From: the human T2T-CHM13v2.0 reference genome, Homo sapiens
Reading direction: 5' to 3' (one strand)
NCBI RefSeq assembly: GCF_009914755.1
Contig: NC_060926.1
DNA length: 64,000 nucleotides
Numbering within the stretch: the first letter of the stretch is position 1; the number at the start of each line of letters is the position of its first letter. The translations under genes and the position numbers were made by a program. This document shows positions 14,275-27,944 of the stretch, piece by piece. Under the pieces are notes generated by a model that saw only the letters and a program-made list of their open reading frames with translations, was not told where the DNA came from and made no database searches.

Positions 14275-14572
14275 CATTTATTCATTCATTTGAGACAGGG
14301 TCTTACTGTCACCTAGGCTGGAGTGCAATGGCATGATCATGGCTCACTGCAACCTTGACCTCCCCAGGCTCAGGTGATCCTCCTACCTCAGCCTCCCAAG
14401 TAGCTGGGACTGCAAGTGCATGCCACCACGCCCAGCTAACTTTTGTATTTTTTTTAGAGGTGGGGTTTTGCCATGTTGACCAGGCTGGTCTCAAACTCCT
14501 AGGCTCAAGCCATCCGCCTGCCTCAACCTCCCAAATTGCTGAGATTACAGGCATGAACCACTGCACCTGGCC
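14275..14572 (-). mobile_element. AluJ
   Basis: AluJ diagnostics: gatcatggctcactgc, ggctcaggtgatcctcc, ctcctaggctcaagc. Confidence 0.93.
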
Positions 14573-14619
14573 CCATTTTCTACATTTAAATATTTACGTT
14601 TACCTACATGTTTTTTTAA

Positions 14620-14825
14620 TGTGGCTAGTACTGTTCCTTCCCCCCACCAAGAGACATATTGGAAATATAGAGTTCTTTATAGGTTATCACCGTGACTGAG
14701 AAGTCACTACTGGTATTCATTGCTCAGAAGCCAGAGATGTCTGCCAGAGTCCTGTAGTGCAGGGGATTGTCCCTCAACAAAGAATTCCTGAGTCCAACAT
14801 GACGTTGAAATGTCCTGCCAGACCT
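14620..14825 (+). mobile_element. MER20B-like (hAT-Charlie) relic
   Basis: ggttatcaccgtgactg...ctactggtatt...gccagagatg...caacaaagaatt...aatgtcctgccagac. Confidence 0.7.
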
Positions 14826-16139
14826 CAGAATCTTACTATTGCTTTCTGCCAACAACAAACATGTGAAAACTAAGCATCTAAGAATTCTAAGTAACAAACA
14901 ATGGGATTCATCTGTTGCTTCTCAGATTAACTGAGCTTAAAAATAATTATACCTCAGGATGTGGAGGAATTCTGAATTTCATGTACCAGGGTGGACGTGT
15001 AGGTTAGTTCAACTTTTTTTGGTTGTTTTATTATTGATTCCTCCTTTTCTTTAGTAGTATAGTTCTGCTTTATTGACACAATTCCTCTCCATATAACTGA
15101 AAACAAAGTTAGAAAATTTCAGTCACCATTCCTGTTTCTTGCAGTATCTCTCTTCATTGAATACCATTTATACTGATTGCTCACATTGATCTTTCTCTTC
15201 TTAGCTGCTGATTCTACTTTTATATCCAGTATTCCTTATTCATGTAGGTCTCCACTAATAGTATTGTTTGCTTTCTTGCCCTTCTGCAGCACATAGGTAA
15301 GTCTGATTGCAGGGGTTCCCTGGAAGGAGTGGGCTAGGGAACAATGGTTTTAACTACTGATTAAGTGTATGATGAACTGGTAGAATGGAAGTTCATTCCT
15401 TTTCTATACATTAAGGTAGATCAGTCATTCCTTGTTATTTTATACCTTTTGGTTTAATATAGATAATGTACAGTAATTTGAGTTTATAGCCTTCTGGTAG
15501 TAAAAGTTTATTTAAAAACAGTATTAAAAGGTTGATAAAGATATAACTAACAAATAATTTTCCATAATACCATTTTTCTCAGTGTTTTTTTAAAAGCAAT
15601 TACCCATAAGAGAAGCTGAAAAAAGGCATTTCTAGAATGTGGAAGCATCTTTAGAGATTATGACGAAAAGTTAGATAGCTATAGCTTTTATAGAATTTCA
15701 ATAACAAGCACAGTAATAGATCTCTTATAGTTCTTTCTTCTTTCCTTTTTCAATAAAAAAAAAAAATGGAGTTTCCTCAGAGGACTAAGACATGTGTAGC
15801 CCAAATTTATAGCCTTTTGGAAATTATGTTTTCTCTAACAATAGAACTTACAATATTTAGAATAATGAATGAATTACATCACCTTAAATAATTTCCCACA
15901 TCTCATTTTTCTCTGCTAGATCTTGCATAGATATTGTATAGAAAGCAGTTGTTTGTAGATGCCAGTCCAGGACATACCTATATATTTTTTTAAGCCAGAT
16001 GAAAAAATAGGTAAAGTTAATATCCTTTTAAAATAATTAGACTAACCAGAGCACATACCTGGATGGAGAAAAAATTTGCCTGTGTATATAAGAGAACAAG
16101 ACAGCTGCCATCTCCATCATCAAAATTATCATTATTATG

Positions 16140-16360
16140 TTTATTAAGTATTTAACTGCATGGCAGACAATAATCTATATGCCTTCAATGGATTATCTCA
16201 TTTAATTCTTGTAAGAATCCAATATAGTACATATTATTATCCCCATTTTGCAAATGTAGAAACTGAGACAAGGAGATTTAGGTTACTTGCTCAAGGTCTG
16301 ATAGCTAGAATAAGACCTAAACTGCCTGAATTAAAAATGTATGCTTATAGTATCATCTTC
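16140..16360 (-). mobile_element. MIR SINE relic
   Basis: attattatccccattttgcaaatgtagaaactgagac is the MIR core. Confidence 0.85.
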
Positions 16361-16756
16361 AGTGAAAAAGAGTTTTTGATCTGCTCCAGCACATGGGGTA
16401 AAAGTTTTGGCTGAGTCCTGGAAATCTGCACTACAAAGCACCATAAAGCATCTTGTCCTGTGTCTTACTAGAGTAGGTATTACCAGTATTCCACTATAGC
16501 CCTTAAAGAATGGTCGCCACCATTACCCAGAACTTATCACAGTGCCAAGCTCATAGTTGGTAAGTAGTAAATATTAACAGAGAATGAGAGAATATCTGTA
16601 ATCATGTTCCCATGAACTGACTAAAATGATGGATGACAGAGTCTCATTCTACCAAATAAGTTAGTGTCAAAATGTGCCCCCCAAATTACAAATATGAATT
16701 AATTTGCCATATTAGCTTATTGCTGTAAGTCAATTATGTTATTAAGAATAACTATT

Positions 16757-17035
16757 AGCCTGGCACAGTGGCTCATGCATGCAGTCCCATCTACTTAGGA
16801 GGCTGAGATTGGAGGATGGCTTAAGCCCAGGAGTTTGAGACCAGCCTGGGCAACATAAAAAAAAAAATATATATATATATAGTTTAAATTAGGCTGGAAT
16901 GGTGGTGTACACCTCTACTCCCAGCTACTGGGGAGGCTCAGGCGGGAGAATCTCTTAAGCCCAGGAGTTCAAAGTTGCAGTGAGCTATGACTGTGGCTCT
17001 ACACTCCAGCCTGGGTGAAAAAAGAAAAAAAAAAA
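16757..17035 (+). mobile_element. AluJo-like with an A/(AT)n middle region
   Basis: Two arms with gcccaggagtt diagnostics. TSD aactatta. Confidence 0.9.
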
Positions 17036-17044
17036 CTATTAAAA

Positions 17045-19395
17045 TTCATCATTTTGGCTTGTATTACCCGTCACAAAAACTCTGTATCCATTAGTGATCA
17101 CTCCCCATTCTCCTCTGACCCTACTCCCAGCTCTAGGCAATCACTAATCTGTTGTCTTTCCCTAAAGTTTTGCCTATCCTTGACATTTCATACAAATGGA
17201 ATCATACCATATATGGTGATTTGTCACTGACTTTTTTCATTTAGCATTAAAGTTTTCATGGTTTATCCATGTTGTAGTATATCTCCTAACTTCAGTACTT
17301 TTTATTGACAAATAATATTCCATTGTATGGATATATACCACATTTTGTTCACCCATCAGTTGATGGGCATTCGAGTTGTTTCCACCTTTACTTTTATGAG
17401 TAATGCTGATATGAATATTATGTACAAGTTTTTTTGTGGACATATGTTTTCACTTCTCTCAGGTATATACTCATTATTGGAATTGTTGGGTAAATTTATA
17501 TTTAACATTTTGAGGAACTTCTAAAGTATTTTTAAAAGCAGCTGTACCATTTTACATTTCAAAAAACATAATGGGCATTCCAGTTTCTTCATGTCCTTAC
17601 CAACATTTTTATCTATCTTTTTTTATTGTCGCCATTTTAGTGAATGTGAAATGGTATCTCGTTGTTTTGATTCACATTTCCCTAATGACTAATGATATTT
17701 AACATCTTTTTCTGTCCTTATAGGCCACATTTATAACTTCTTTGGAGAAATGTCTATTTAAATCCTTTGTGCAATTTTTAATTGAATTGTCTTTTTATTA
17801 CTGAGTTTTAAGTGTTATTTATGTATTTTGATTACAAGTTTTTTAATCCTATGTGATTTACAAATATTTTCTCTTATCCTATGGGTTTTCACCTTCTTGA
17901 TGGTGTTCTATGCAGTACGAAATGTCCTAGTTTTGATGAAGTCAAATTTATTATTTTTTTCTTCTTTTACTTGTGCTTTTGGTGACATACCTAAAGAGTT
18001 CTTTGCCTAACCTAAGGTCACAGAGATTGTTTCCTGTGTTTTCTTTTAAGATGTTATAGTTGTAGCTCTTACATAAAGGTATATGATCATTTTGAGTTAA
18101 TTTTTATGTATGGTGTGAGGAAGTGATCCAATATCATTCTTTTTCATGTAGCTCTCCAGTTTACCCAGCAACATTTATTGAAGGTGATTCTTCTGATTGA
18201 ATGTTCTTAGTACCCTTGTCCAAAAACAGTTGACTGCAAAGGCAAGGATTTACTTCTGACTCTCTGTTCCATTAATCTATATGTCTACCCTATGCCAGTA
18301 CCATCTTGTCTTGATTACTATAGCTTTGTAATTTGCCTTTTTTTTTTTTGGAGACAGGGTCTCACTTTGTCACGCATGCTCAAACATGCTCAAATAAAGT
18401 GACACGAACACAAAAGCTCACTGCAGCCTCAATGTCCAGGGCTCAAGCCATCCTCTAATCTCAGCCCCCTAAGTATCTGGGACTACAGGCGCACGCCACC
18501 ATGCCTGGCTAATTTTTATATTTCTAGAGATGGAGTTTTGCCGTATTGCTCAGGCTGGTCTCAAACTCCTGGGCCCAGGCAATCCTTTTGCGTCGGCCTC
18601 CTAAAGTGCTGAGATTACAGTACTCCGCACCTGGAGTGTATACATTTTGAATTGTAAAGTGTGAGTTTTCTAACTTTGTTTCTCTCTTTTTAAGATGGTT
18701 TTGGTTATTCCTGCATTTCCATGTGAAATTCTAATCAGCTTGTCAGTTGCTGCAAAATCGCCAGCTTGAGTTTTGATAGGGATTGCGTTGAATATGTAAA
18801 TCAATTTTGGGATTATTGACATTTTAACAATATTAAGTCTTCTAATTGAGAAATGTAACATGTCTTTTCATTTATTTAGGTTTTCTTTAATGTCATAAAG
18901 AAATGCTTTGTAGTTTTCACAGTGTAAGTCTAACACTTTTGGTTATTCATAAGTATTTTCTTTTACATGCTATTGTAAATGGAATTATTTTCTTAACTTC
19001 ACTGTCCAACTGTTTATTGCTAGTGTGTTGACATATTGTTAACTTTGTATATTGGTCTTGAATCCTGCTACCTTACTGAACTCATTTATTACCTCTAATA
19101 GGTCTTTTGTTGATTTCTTAGGATTTTCTCTGCATAAATCATGTCCTCTGCAAATAAAGATTGATTTAATTATTCCTTTTAAACCTGGCTGTCTTCTATT
19201 TCTTTTTCTTGCCTAATTTTCTTGTCTGGAAACTCCAGTACAATGTTTAATACAGACAGTGAAAGTCTTGTTCCTGATCTTAGAGAGAAAGCATGTAGTG
19301 CCTCATCAATAAGCATGATGGCTATGACTTTTTCATAGACGCCCTTGATCAGATTGAGGAAGTTTCTTTCTATTCCTAGTTTGTTGGATGTGCTG
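17045..19395 (-). mobile_element. L1MB-type element (3' UTR and ORF2 3' half), split by an AluJ
   Basis: gacatttcatacaaatggaatcatac marks the L1MB 3' end. The ORF2 remnant RLNIVKMSIIPKLIYIFNAIPIK lies at 18670-18861. Confidence 0.9.
18338..18634 (-). mobile_element. AluJ inserted in L1MB
   Basis: gagacagggtctcact...ggctcaagccatcctc. Internal catgctcaaa duplication. Confidence 0.9.
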
Positions 19396-19519
19396 ATTAA
19401 GTTATTGATTTAAAAATACTCACAGCATTTTTACAATAGATTCGTCATTTTATATTTTAGAATCCAGATCAGATGGAGACTAAAGTAGCCAAAATATCTT
19501 TCACCTTTATTAACAGCAT

Positions 19520-19720
19520 TGTCTAGTGCATCCGTTTTCTAGCTGTGTTAAATTGGACAACTTTAACTTCTGTTGACCTGAGTTTCCTCATCTGTAAAAC
19601 TGGGTTTGATTTTAGTGCCTACCTCTTAAGGTTTTGTAAAGATTTAACTATTTACAAGTAAAAGATTTAGAGTAGCAGTTGACACTTGTTAGTGCTAATA
19701 TACCTTGGTCGTTATTAAGA
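19520..19720 (+). mobile_element. MIR SINE relic
   Basis: cctgagtttcctcatctgtaaaactggg is the MIR core. Confidence 0.85.
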
Positions 19721-21679
19721 ATATGCATAATTTATGCATGGATTACATCCAATATATTTTTCACATGTATAGCCTTTTTACAAAGGCATGCCTAAAAAAA
19801 TAAGATTTTATTTAAAGCTTTATTTCTAACTTTTGGGTTTTTTTTTTCTTTTTACAATGATATGCATTTCTCTCAGTAGTAAAATATTCAAGCAAACTTC
19901 TCTATGGCTATATATCTAGCACCTACAAAAGCAGGTAATGTAAGATTCAAGAAACCATTATTCAATTATTGGAAACTTTTAAAGTCCATTTGGTTTGTTT
20001 TTATACCTTGCCTGTTTTTACAGAAAACTTCAGTTTTTCAGGTCATTTTTCTTTTAAAAAGCCATGCAACATGTCTGAAAAGCTTGAGAGACATCGTCCT
20101 GGTTTTGATATGTAGTTAGCTAAACTGATTCCTTTGAGAACCTGAATGAATGGATATGAAAAGCAACACATCTTGCCATGAGGGGTTAGATTCATTAAGG
20201 ATACTCTAAAAGCTGAAAAAACTACATTTCTAGGCTTTCTTATCCACGTTTTTAAAAAAATTATTTTGTACTTAGAGAATTCCTTTGGATATAAGTTAAA
20301 AGAAAGAAAGGAGACAGATATTATATTTTCTTATTTTCTAATGTTATGAGTTAGACATATAGGTCTAAGAAGAAATTTTAAAAAGAAATTCTTTGGATTC
20401 TTTGGAGTCAACTCTCAGTTTCAACATGTTAATTTCTTTACATTATGGAAACCCTTGCATATGATTTACTATCATCTGATAAGACTTGCATCCTGTTTTT
20501 AAATCATTCTTTTAAAACTCTAGATTTAACTGACCTCCGCATTTTTGGTCAGAAATAAATTTTTGCACAAGCGACCATTTGAGCACAACTCCTAATACAG
20601 AGGTAAAATAACGTAAAGATCCAGAGCCCTGCAAATAATTATCACAAAACTGTTGTTAAAGCAGTTGCCTTTCTCTTTACACCCTCACTAAATTTATTGA
20701 CTTTTAACATTCTAATTGTCTGGTATATAAAAGTTTAGAAACAATACCTGATTATAGAGATTTGTGGAAGTATTTTGGTAGAAAAGAGATTGCCTTAATT
20801 AAAAGAGGAATCTTAAAAATGAGAGACACAAATGACATATGAGAGTGTATCTTAATAGATGGACTAGAGTTTTCAGGTAAAGTTAAAATTATTCTTTGCC
20901 TCTCTACTTACGAAGGCAGGGAGGTACATGATATGTTTTAGAATGCTTTTCTTCCAAAGTTGTTAATGTTTAAAAATTTGATATTTGAAGAGGTAGAGTT
21001 ACTTAGAAAATTGGTTATGTCAAACACTTCATTTTCTAAAAACTGCATAAAAGAAGTATTTTATTTTCTTAACATTTTCCTCGAGGTGGCTTGACGAAAC
21101 TAACGGATACCATTACCCATTCAATATGTTGACTGTCTTTTGCCTATAGTTAGTAAACTATGCTATGTTGCATTTAAAATGTCCAGTAAACAGTGAATAA
21201 GCGAATAATTATGTTAAATGCAGTGGATGTGAAAATAGCCTTTGTAAACTGTGAAATGCTTTATAGAGTTAAGTCTTGGCCATTTTTATCACCTTCAAAG
21301 CTACATTTTATTTTACTTTCACTGTTGCCTTCTTCTGTAAGGGACATAGGATAGTGAATGAGAGGCCATATATGAGGCCAAATGACTTAGCCAAAGGCAG
21401 AGATGACTAAGGATAGACAGGCTGGGGTGAGCAATGAAGAGGTGGGTGGATGTAATGAGAGCTAAGAACATGTAACTTTGTGTTCTCACCAAGTGCTGCT
21501 CTTCCTATCTTTTACCTCCAATCCTAATGGTTTTCTGAAGTCTTTCTCCTGTTTAGTCACATATGTGGGCACACAATGAGTACTTATTAAATATTTGTGA
21601 AATTATTAAAAACTGAAGAGTTTGAGCTCTATCATTATGGGAAACTTTTCAAATTTTTGGAAACTTTTCAAACTTTTAA

Positions 21680-22370
21680 GTTAGAAATGTCACATGAACA
21701 GATATATGTCTTAAGAAAATGACTATGATATGAATTGACATGAAGAGATTAGAAACATAATGTAGAAAGCTATTATAATCCAAGTATGGGACCTTGAAAG
21801 ATGGGGAAATGTTAGAAAACAATATACCACAATGGTGGTGTAAATTTAACACTTTTTGGTGACTGTTGACTGACTTGATTGAGAGCCTTGTAAAAAATAT
21901 AGTCAGAGGTGATTCTGAAATTTGTAGCATGAAAGTTTATGATTGTATTAACCAAGATGTAGAACAAGGGTCAAAGTAAGATGGGGGATGGATAATATAG
22001 GTTGTGTTTTGAATGTGTTCTTTGTATGTTTAGTATGTGATATCTGCCTAGAAATGTTCACCAGACAACTGGAAATTTACCTCTAATATTCATACATGAG
22101 AGGTTAGGATTAGTGAACAGATTCTGAATAGTTATGAGTTGACACTATTAAAATAGGTGAAGTCCCCAAGGGAGGTATCTGTGCAGGAAGAAGACTGCTG
22201 AGATCTAACACTTGCAGCAACATATGTAAAATTGAGCAGAAGAGTATCCAGTAAAGGAAATTCCATAGAACACATAGGAAAACAAGAACTCAGAAGAGCA
22301 AAGGATCAAACAAGACAAAGGACAGATTACTTCGGTGGTGATGGTAATTAATAAAAATATCTGTAGTGAT
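21680..22370 (-). mobile_element. L2 internal relic
   Basis: Purine-rich reverse-L2 pattern (gttttgaatgtgttc...gaaatgttcaccagacaactggaaat). Confidence 0.55.
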
Positions 22371-22426
22371 TTTTTTAAAAGAAACTTTAATTTCAAGAAC
22401 ATCTCATTGTGTTGTTAAAAAATCAC

Positions 22427-22755
22427 TGCAGGTCACTGTGGCTCATACGTGTAATACAGCACTTTGGGTGGCCAAGGAAGGTGGATCACTTGAGGGCAGG
22501 AGTTCGAGATCAGCCTGGCCAACATGGCAAAACCCTGTCTCTACTAAAAAATACAGAAATTAGCCAGGTGTGGCAGCACAAGCCTGTAATCCCAGCTACT
22601 TGGGAGACTGAGGCACAGGAATCACTTGAACCCAGGAGGCAGAGGTTGCAGTGAGCCAAGATCGCCCACTGCACTCCAGCCTGGGTGACAGGGCAAAACT
22701 GTCTTGAAAAAACAAACAACCAAACAAACACACACACACAAAAAAAACAAGAAAA
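22427..22755 (+). mobile_element. AluS (Sz-like)
   Basis: Full Alu with an A/C-rich tail. Confidence 0.92.
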
Positions 22756-22761
22756 CCCTGA

Positions 22762-23020
22762 AGGTTGGGCACATTTGCTTACACTGCTTGGGCCCAGGAG
22801 TTCAAGACCTGCCTGGGCAACACAGGGAGACCTTGTCTCTACAAAAAATCTAAAAAGTTAGCCGGGCATGGTAGCACATGCCTGTGGTCCCAGTTACTCA
22901 TGAGACTGAGGTGGAAGGATTGCCTGAGACCAGTAAGTCAAGATTGCAGTGAGCTGTCATTGTGCTACGGAACTCCAGCCTGGGTGACAGAGTTAAACCC
23001 ATTTTCAAAAAAGAAAGAAT
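22762..23020 (+). mobile_element. AluJ with an internal left-arm deletion
   Basis: ggttgggcaca...cttacac is joined directly to tgcttgggcccaggagttc. Confidence 0.88.
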
Positions 23021-23499
23021 AATTACTGAGGGTTTTAAAAGATAGAAAGTGAAAGATAAGTGTCTCTCTCCTAAGTTGTTCCTGGAGTGTTAAGGTTAGA
23101 TTTTTTCTGCATATTTTTAAATCCTTTTACTTGCATATATGAGCATAACTGTATTTTCCCTATTTCAAAATGCAAAATTTTTTGTATTTTCATATTTCTG
23201 AAATCTGGAGTATCCTACAATTGATGTATCTATTTAATTTAATGGAATTTTTCAGAAAGATTGGTATTTAATATGATTTGAGAATCAAGGAATAGTTATA
23301 CATAAAGAATAAAAATATATGTACATATATTTATAATGTATCAAAGAAAATATAGTAAATAAGTATAAGCTATATATGATATATATGTAAAAATATATAT
23401 AAAAGTGGGATCAGGATTATACATATATATTTATTTATATTGAGATATATTATTCTAGAACACACTTTTTAAACGTAAGATTTAATTATATCTAAAATT

Positions 23500-23600
23500 A
23501 CTGTATTTCATCAATTCTAAGACGAACTTTCTTCATATTTTGACATCTCTGAACTCAGGTTATATTTAATCATTCCAGCATGTAGACGTGAGGAAAATAG
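23500..23600 (+). mobile_element. MER96-like hAT MITE relic (a second, more degraded copy at about 23150-23290)
   Basis: ctgtatttcatcaattctaagacg...catattttgacatctctgaa. Confidence 0.55.
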
Positions 23601-23979
23601 TTGTTATTCTTTCTCTTTGCTGTATATTATTCTGTATGAATCTTTCATAATTTTTTTAACCAGTTCTTTATTTAGGAGCTAGGGATTTTTCTGTTTATTA
23701 TGGTTTTTGGCTTATGTTTTCTTTTTGTTTTTAGCTTTTTACTATTACCAAAAATGGTTTAGTAAGCATTCTTTGTCTACCTCAAATGTTGTATTTATTT
23801 CATTTTATATAATGCTTACAAGCTAAATTACTATTAAATATACATTATGAAAATGGAATCATGGTTAAAATCATATTTTTACCTTTTTAAATTTATTCCT
23901 CATATTACCTTAGTTGACTTTCTAAAAGATAAATATGATCATAACAAACATATAATTCAGTATATAAATTCTGATGATA

Positions 23980-24270
23980 TTCCCTCTGCTGGAAATACCC
24001 TTCCCAATTTTTCACTTTCCCATTCATACTTCAGGGCTCATCTTTGGTGTCATCTTGGAAGTCTATCTACAACCTCTCTGGTTTCTCCAGCACAGCCTGA
24101 TGGCTTCCTATGCTTAACTCCTTTTAATACTTATCACTGTGTAGTGCAAATGCCTTACTTAATTTTCTGTCTCTCTTACTAGGCTTCCTTGATGTCTGGG
24201 ACTGTGTAGCTAACACAAGGGCTATGGCTGCCACTTAATAGGTCAATAAATATTGAAAGAATGAATAATG
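23980..24270 (+). mobile_element. L2 3' relic
   Basis: ttccctctgctggaaatacccttccc...tcaataaatattgaaagaatgaat. Confidence 0.75.
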
Positions 24271-24541
24271 CTATAAAATGTTTTGTTTCTAAATATTTTT
24301 TTAAAGGTGGCTATGAAAAGTTCTTTGCTATGCTGAAAAGGAAAGTAAAAAGAAAGATTTGTAGAGTCCCATGATTAGCTTAGAAGGAAATGAAAAATAC
24401 ATTGGTAGTATAAGTACATGCTTTCTTCTCTAAAAATCCCTCTTTAAAGGAAGCAGCAATTATTAATAAAATAAAGATGTGTTCAAGAGATCTGTTTACT
24501 AGCCAGCCAGTGCATCATGGAGAATTGTAGGTTAAGAAGCA

Positions 24542-24853
24542 GGCTGGGCGCAGTGGCTCACACCTGTAATCCCAAGCCCTTTGGGAGGCCGAGGCAGGCG
24601 GATCACCTGAGGTCAAGAGTTTGAGACCGGCCTGGCCAATGTGGTGAAACCTCGTTTCTACTAAAAATACAAAAAAAAAAAAATTTAGCTGGGCGTGGTG
24701 GTGTGTGCCTCTAGTCCCAGCTACTTGGGGAGGCTGAGGCAGGAGAATCGCTTGAACCCAGGAGGCAGAGTTTGTAGTGAGCCAAGATCGTGCCACTGTA
24801 CTCCATCATGGGTGACAGAGGGAGACTCCATCTCAAAAAAAAAAAAAAAAAAA
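24542..24853 (+). mobile_element. AluSx-like
   Basis: Full Alu with a poly(A) tail. Confidence 0.95.
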
Positions 24854-25397
24854 GTAGGTGTCTTTACAAAGGAAAAGTTACTAAAGATTTTGGATGAGGA
24901 AATACAATTTTAGTTATTAGATGGCTACATATTACCTTCCAGCATTTGCTGTATATGGTAAGTGTTTTCTCCCAGGTGTTCCCCTTCCATATTCTCCATA
25001 CACACCAAAAGGGAAAAACGAAGCAATCCTTGTTTATACTTATATTTTTCAGGTTGTGGTATCATATGAATTACAGTATTAAGAGGAAGCCCCTAATCTG
25101 GGCAATTTGAATAATAGAAATAATGACAGTAATGCCATCTTTTCCCCCCTGGCTCTTTATTCTTAAAAAGCAGTTGGGAATCTCTTATCCAACATGTTAG
25201 ATAGTAGTCATATGTACAACACACTGCTTACCCAAAAAAGCATGTCAGAATGCACTTTTATTGAGAGAGAGAATATGATTCATAGTATACTGATAGTCTT
25301 GAATTCTCCTTAAATTAAAAATATGTAAGATGTTTTGCAAACTTTAGCAATAAATTATTAGTAACAAAGTACTGTTGGGTTGTTTTCTTCAGCTTTT

Positions 25398-25656
<259 letters not shown>

Positions 25657-25659
25657 TTT

Positions 25660-26687
25660 TCTTCAGCTTTTATTTCAAGTTCTGGGGTACTTGCGCAGGA
25701 TATGCAGGTTGGTTACATAGGTAAACGTGTGCCATGGTGGTTTGCTGGACAGATGATCCCATCACCCAGGTATTAAGCCCAGCATCCATTAGCTATTCTT
25801 CCTGATGCTCTCTCTCCCCGCAGCTCATGACAGGCCCCAGTATGTATTCTTCCCACTATGTGTCCACGTGTTCTCATCATTCATCTCCCATTTATAAGTG
25901 AGAACATGTGGTATTTGGTTTTCTGTTCCTGTATTAGTTTGCTGAGGATAACAGCTTCCAGCTTCATGCATGTCCCTGCAAAGGACATGATCTTCCTTTC
26001 TACGCCTGCATCGTATTCCATGGTATATATGTACCACATTTTCTTTATTTAGTCTATCGTTGATGGGTATTTGGGTTGATTCCATGTCTTTGCTATTGTG
26101 GATAGTGCTCCAATGTATATACGCATGCATGTATCTTTATAACAGAATGATTTAAATTCTTTTGGGTATATACCCAGTAATGGGATTCCTGGGTCAAATG
26201 GTATTTCTGCTTCTAGATCTTTGAGGAATCACCCACACTGTCTTTCACAATGGTTGAACTAATTTACACTCCCACCAACAGTGTAAAAGTGTTCCTTTTT
26301 CTGCACAATCTCACTGGCATCTGTTGTTTCTTGACTTTTTAATAATCACCATTTTGACTAGTGTGAGATGGTATCTCATTGTTGTTTTAATTTGCATTTC
26401 TCTAATGATCAGTGATGATGAGCTTTTTTTCATACGTGTGTTAGCTGCATGAATGTCTTCTTTTGAGAAGTGTCTGTTCATGTCCTTTGCCCACTTTTTA
26501 ATGGGGTTGTTTTTTTCTTGTAAATTTGTTTAAGTTTCTTGTAGACTCTGGATATTAAACCTTGTCAGATGGATAGATTGCAAAAGCTTTCTCCCATTCT
26601 GTACGTTGTCTGTTCACTCTGATAATAGTTTCTTTTGCTGTGCAGAAGCTCTTTAGTTTAATCAGATCCCATTTGTCAATTTTTGCT
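25660..26687 (-). mobile_element. 5'-truncated older L1PA (about L1PA11-15), roughly 1 kb
   Basis: 3'UTR gtattaagcccagcatccattagctattcttcctgatgctc. Degenerate TSD taaca(a/c)agt(a/g)ctgtt at 25362-25376 and 26688-26702. Confidence 0.92.
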
Positions 26688-27640
26688 TAACACAGTGCTG
26701 TTAACTCCCTGGTTAAAAGACCCTACTTTAAAAAGCATGTCTACATATATTACTTTTTATGCATATAATATATATGCTATACAGATATGTATTATTGATC
26801 CTTATAATAGCCTTGTACTTTTAGTAGAACAGGTTGTAGCATCCTGAACCCAATGACAAACAGTTGTCCAAGGTCACACATTAATTAGAGTTGGAGCAAA
26901 AACTAAGTCTTAAGTTTCTTTGTGGGACTGTCCTTTTTTGTTCATACCACATTTCTATGTCATGGACTGTAAATGACAGCACAAAAAAGCAATGCATAAA
27001 TCTTTATATGCACATTTGCATATATACACATATATGCATGTTTTTTGTACTTAAAAAGCAGTTGGTAATCTCCAACATGACTATATGGTAGATAGTAGTC
27101 ACATGTACAATATATGCCTTACTCAAGAAAGCATGTCAGAATGCATGTATGCATGTGTGTATGCATGTATTGCCAGTGAGCCACTCTTTAAGTGTCTGAA
27201 AATTGCTCTATCAGCAAGCATATAAGGCTTTACTTTTGCCTCCATCTTAGAAAAAAAAACTTAGTTAAAAGTACTGGATTTCATGTGCATAAAATGTTTC
27301 TACTTATTCAGTATAAAATGACAATTCTTGTTTCCTTAAGAAAATGATCTGGCATCTGATTGAATGTTTCTATCAGCATAACTTTGCAAAGATCTAGTGC
27401 AAAGGTGTGATCGCTAAGAGTTGAAGCTTTAGTCTATTTATTTTAGGCTAGCGATTTCAAATTGCCTTTCGTCTTTTTTATAAGGACCTTTAAAATACTA
27501 TCCAACCCCAATTTTAATTATTTTCACACTCCCAGGAAATTAAAAGCAGCAAAGAACCATTAGCAGTCTTGATCAAGAAAACAGAACACAAAGATGTCTG
27601 AGGGAAACTTAAGGAACTTCTTAAGCAAAATAGTGACCCA

Positions 27641-27944
27641 GACCGGGTGCTGTGGCTCATGTCTGTAATCTCAAAACTTTGGGAGGCAGAGGCAGTGGAT
27701 CACCTGAGGTCAGGAGTTTGAGACTACCGTGGCCAACATGGTGAAACCCTGTCTCTACTAAAAAATAGAAAAATTAGCCAGGCGTGGCGATGTGTGCCTG
27801 TAATCTCAACTACTCGGGAGGCTGAGGCAGGAGTAATCACTTGAACCAGGGAGGCGGAGGTTGCAGTGAGCCAAGATCACACCACTGCACTCCAGACTGG
27901 GCAACAGAGTGAGACTCCTTATCAAAAAGAAAAAAGAAATAAAT
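27641..27944 (+). mobile_element. AluSx-like
   Basis: Full Alu. TSD aaaatagtgaccca at 27627-27640 and 27945-27958. Confidence 0.95.
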
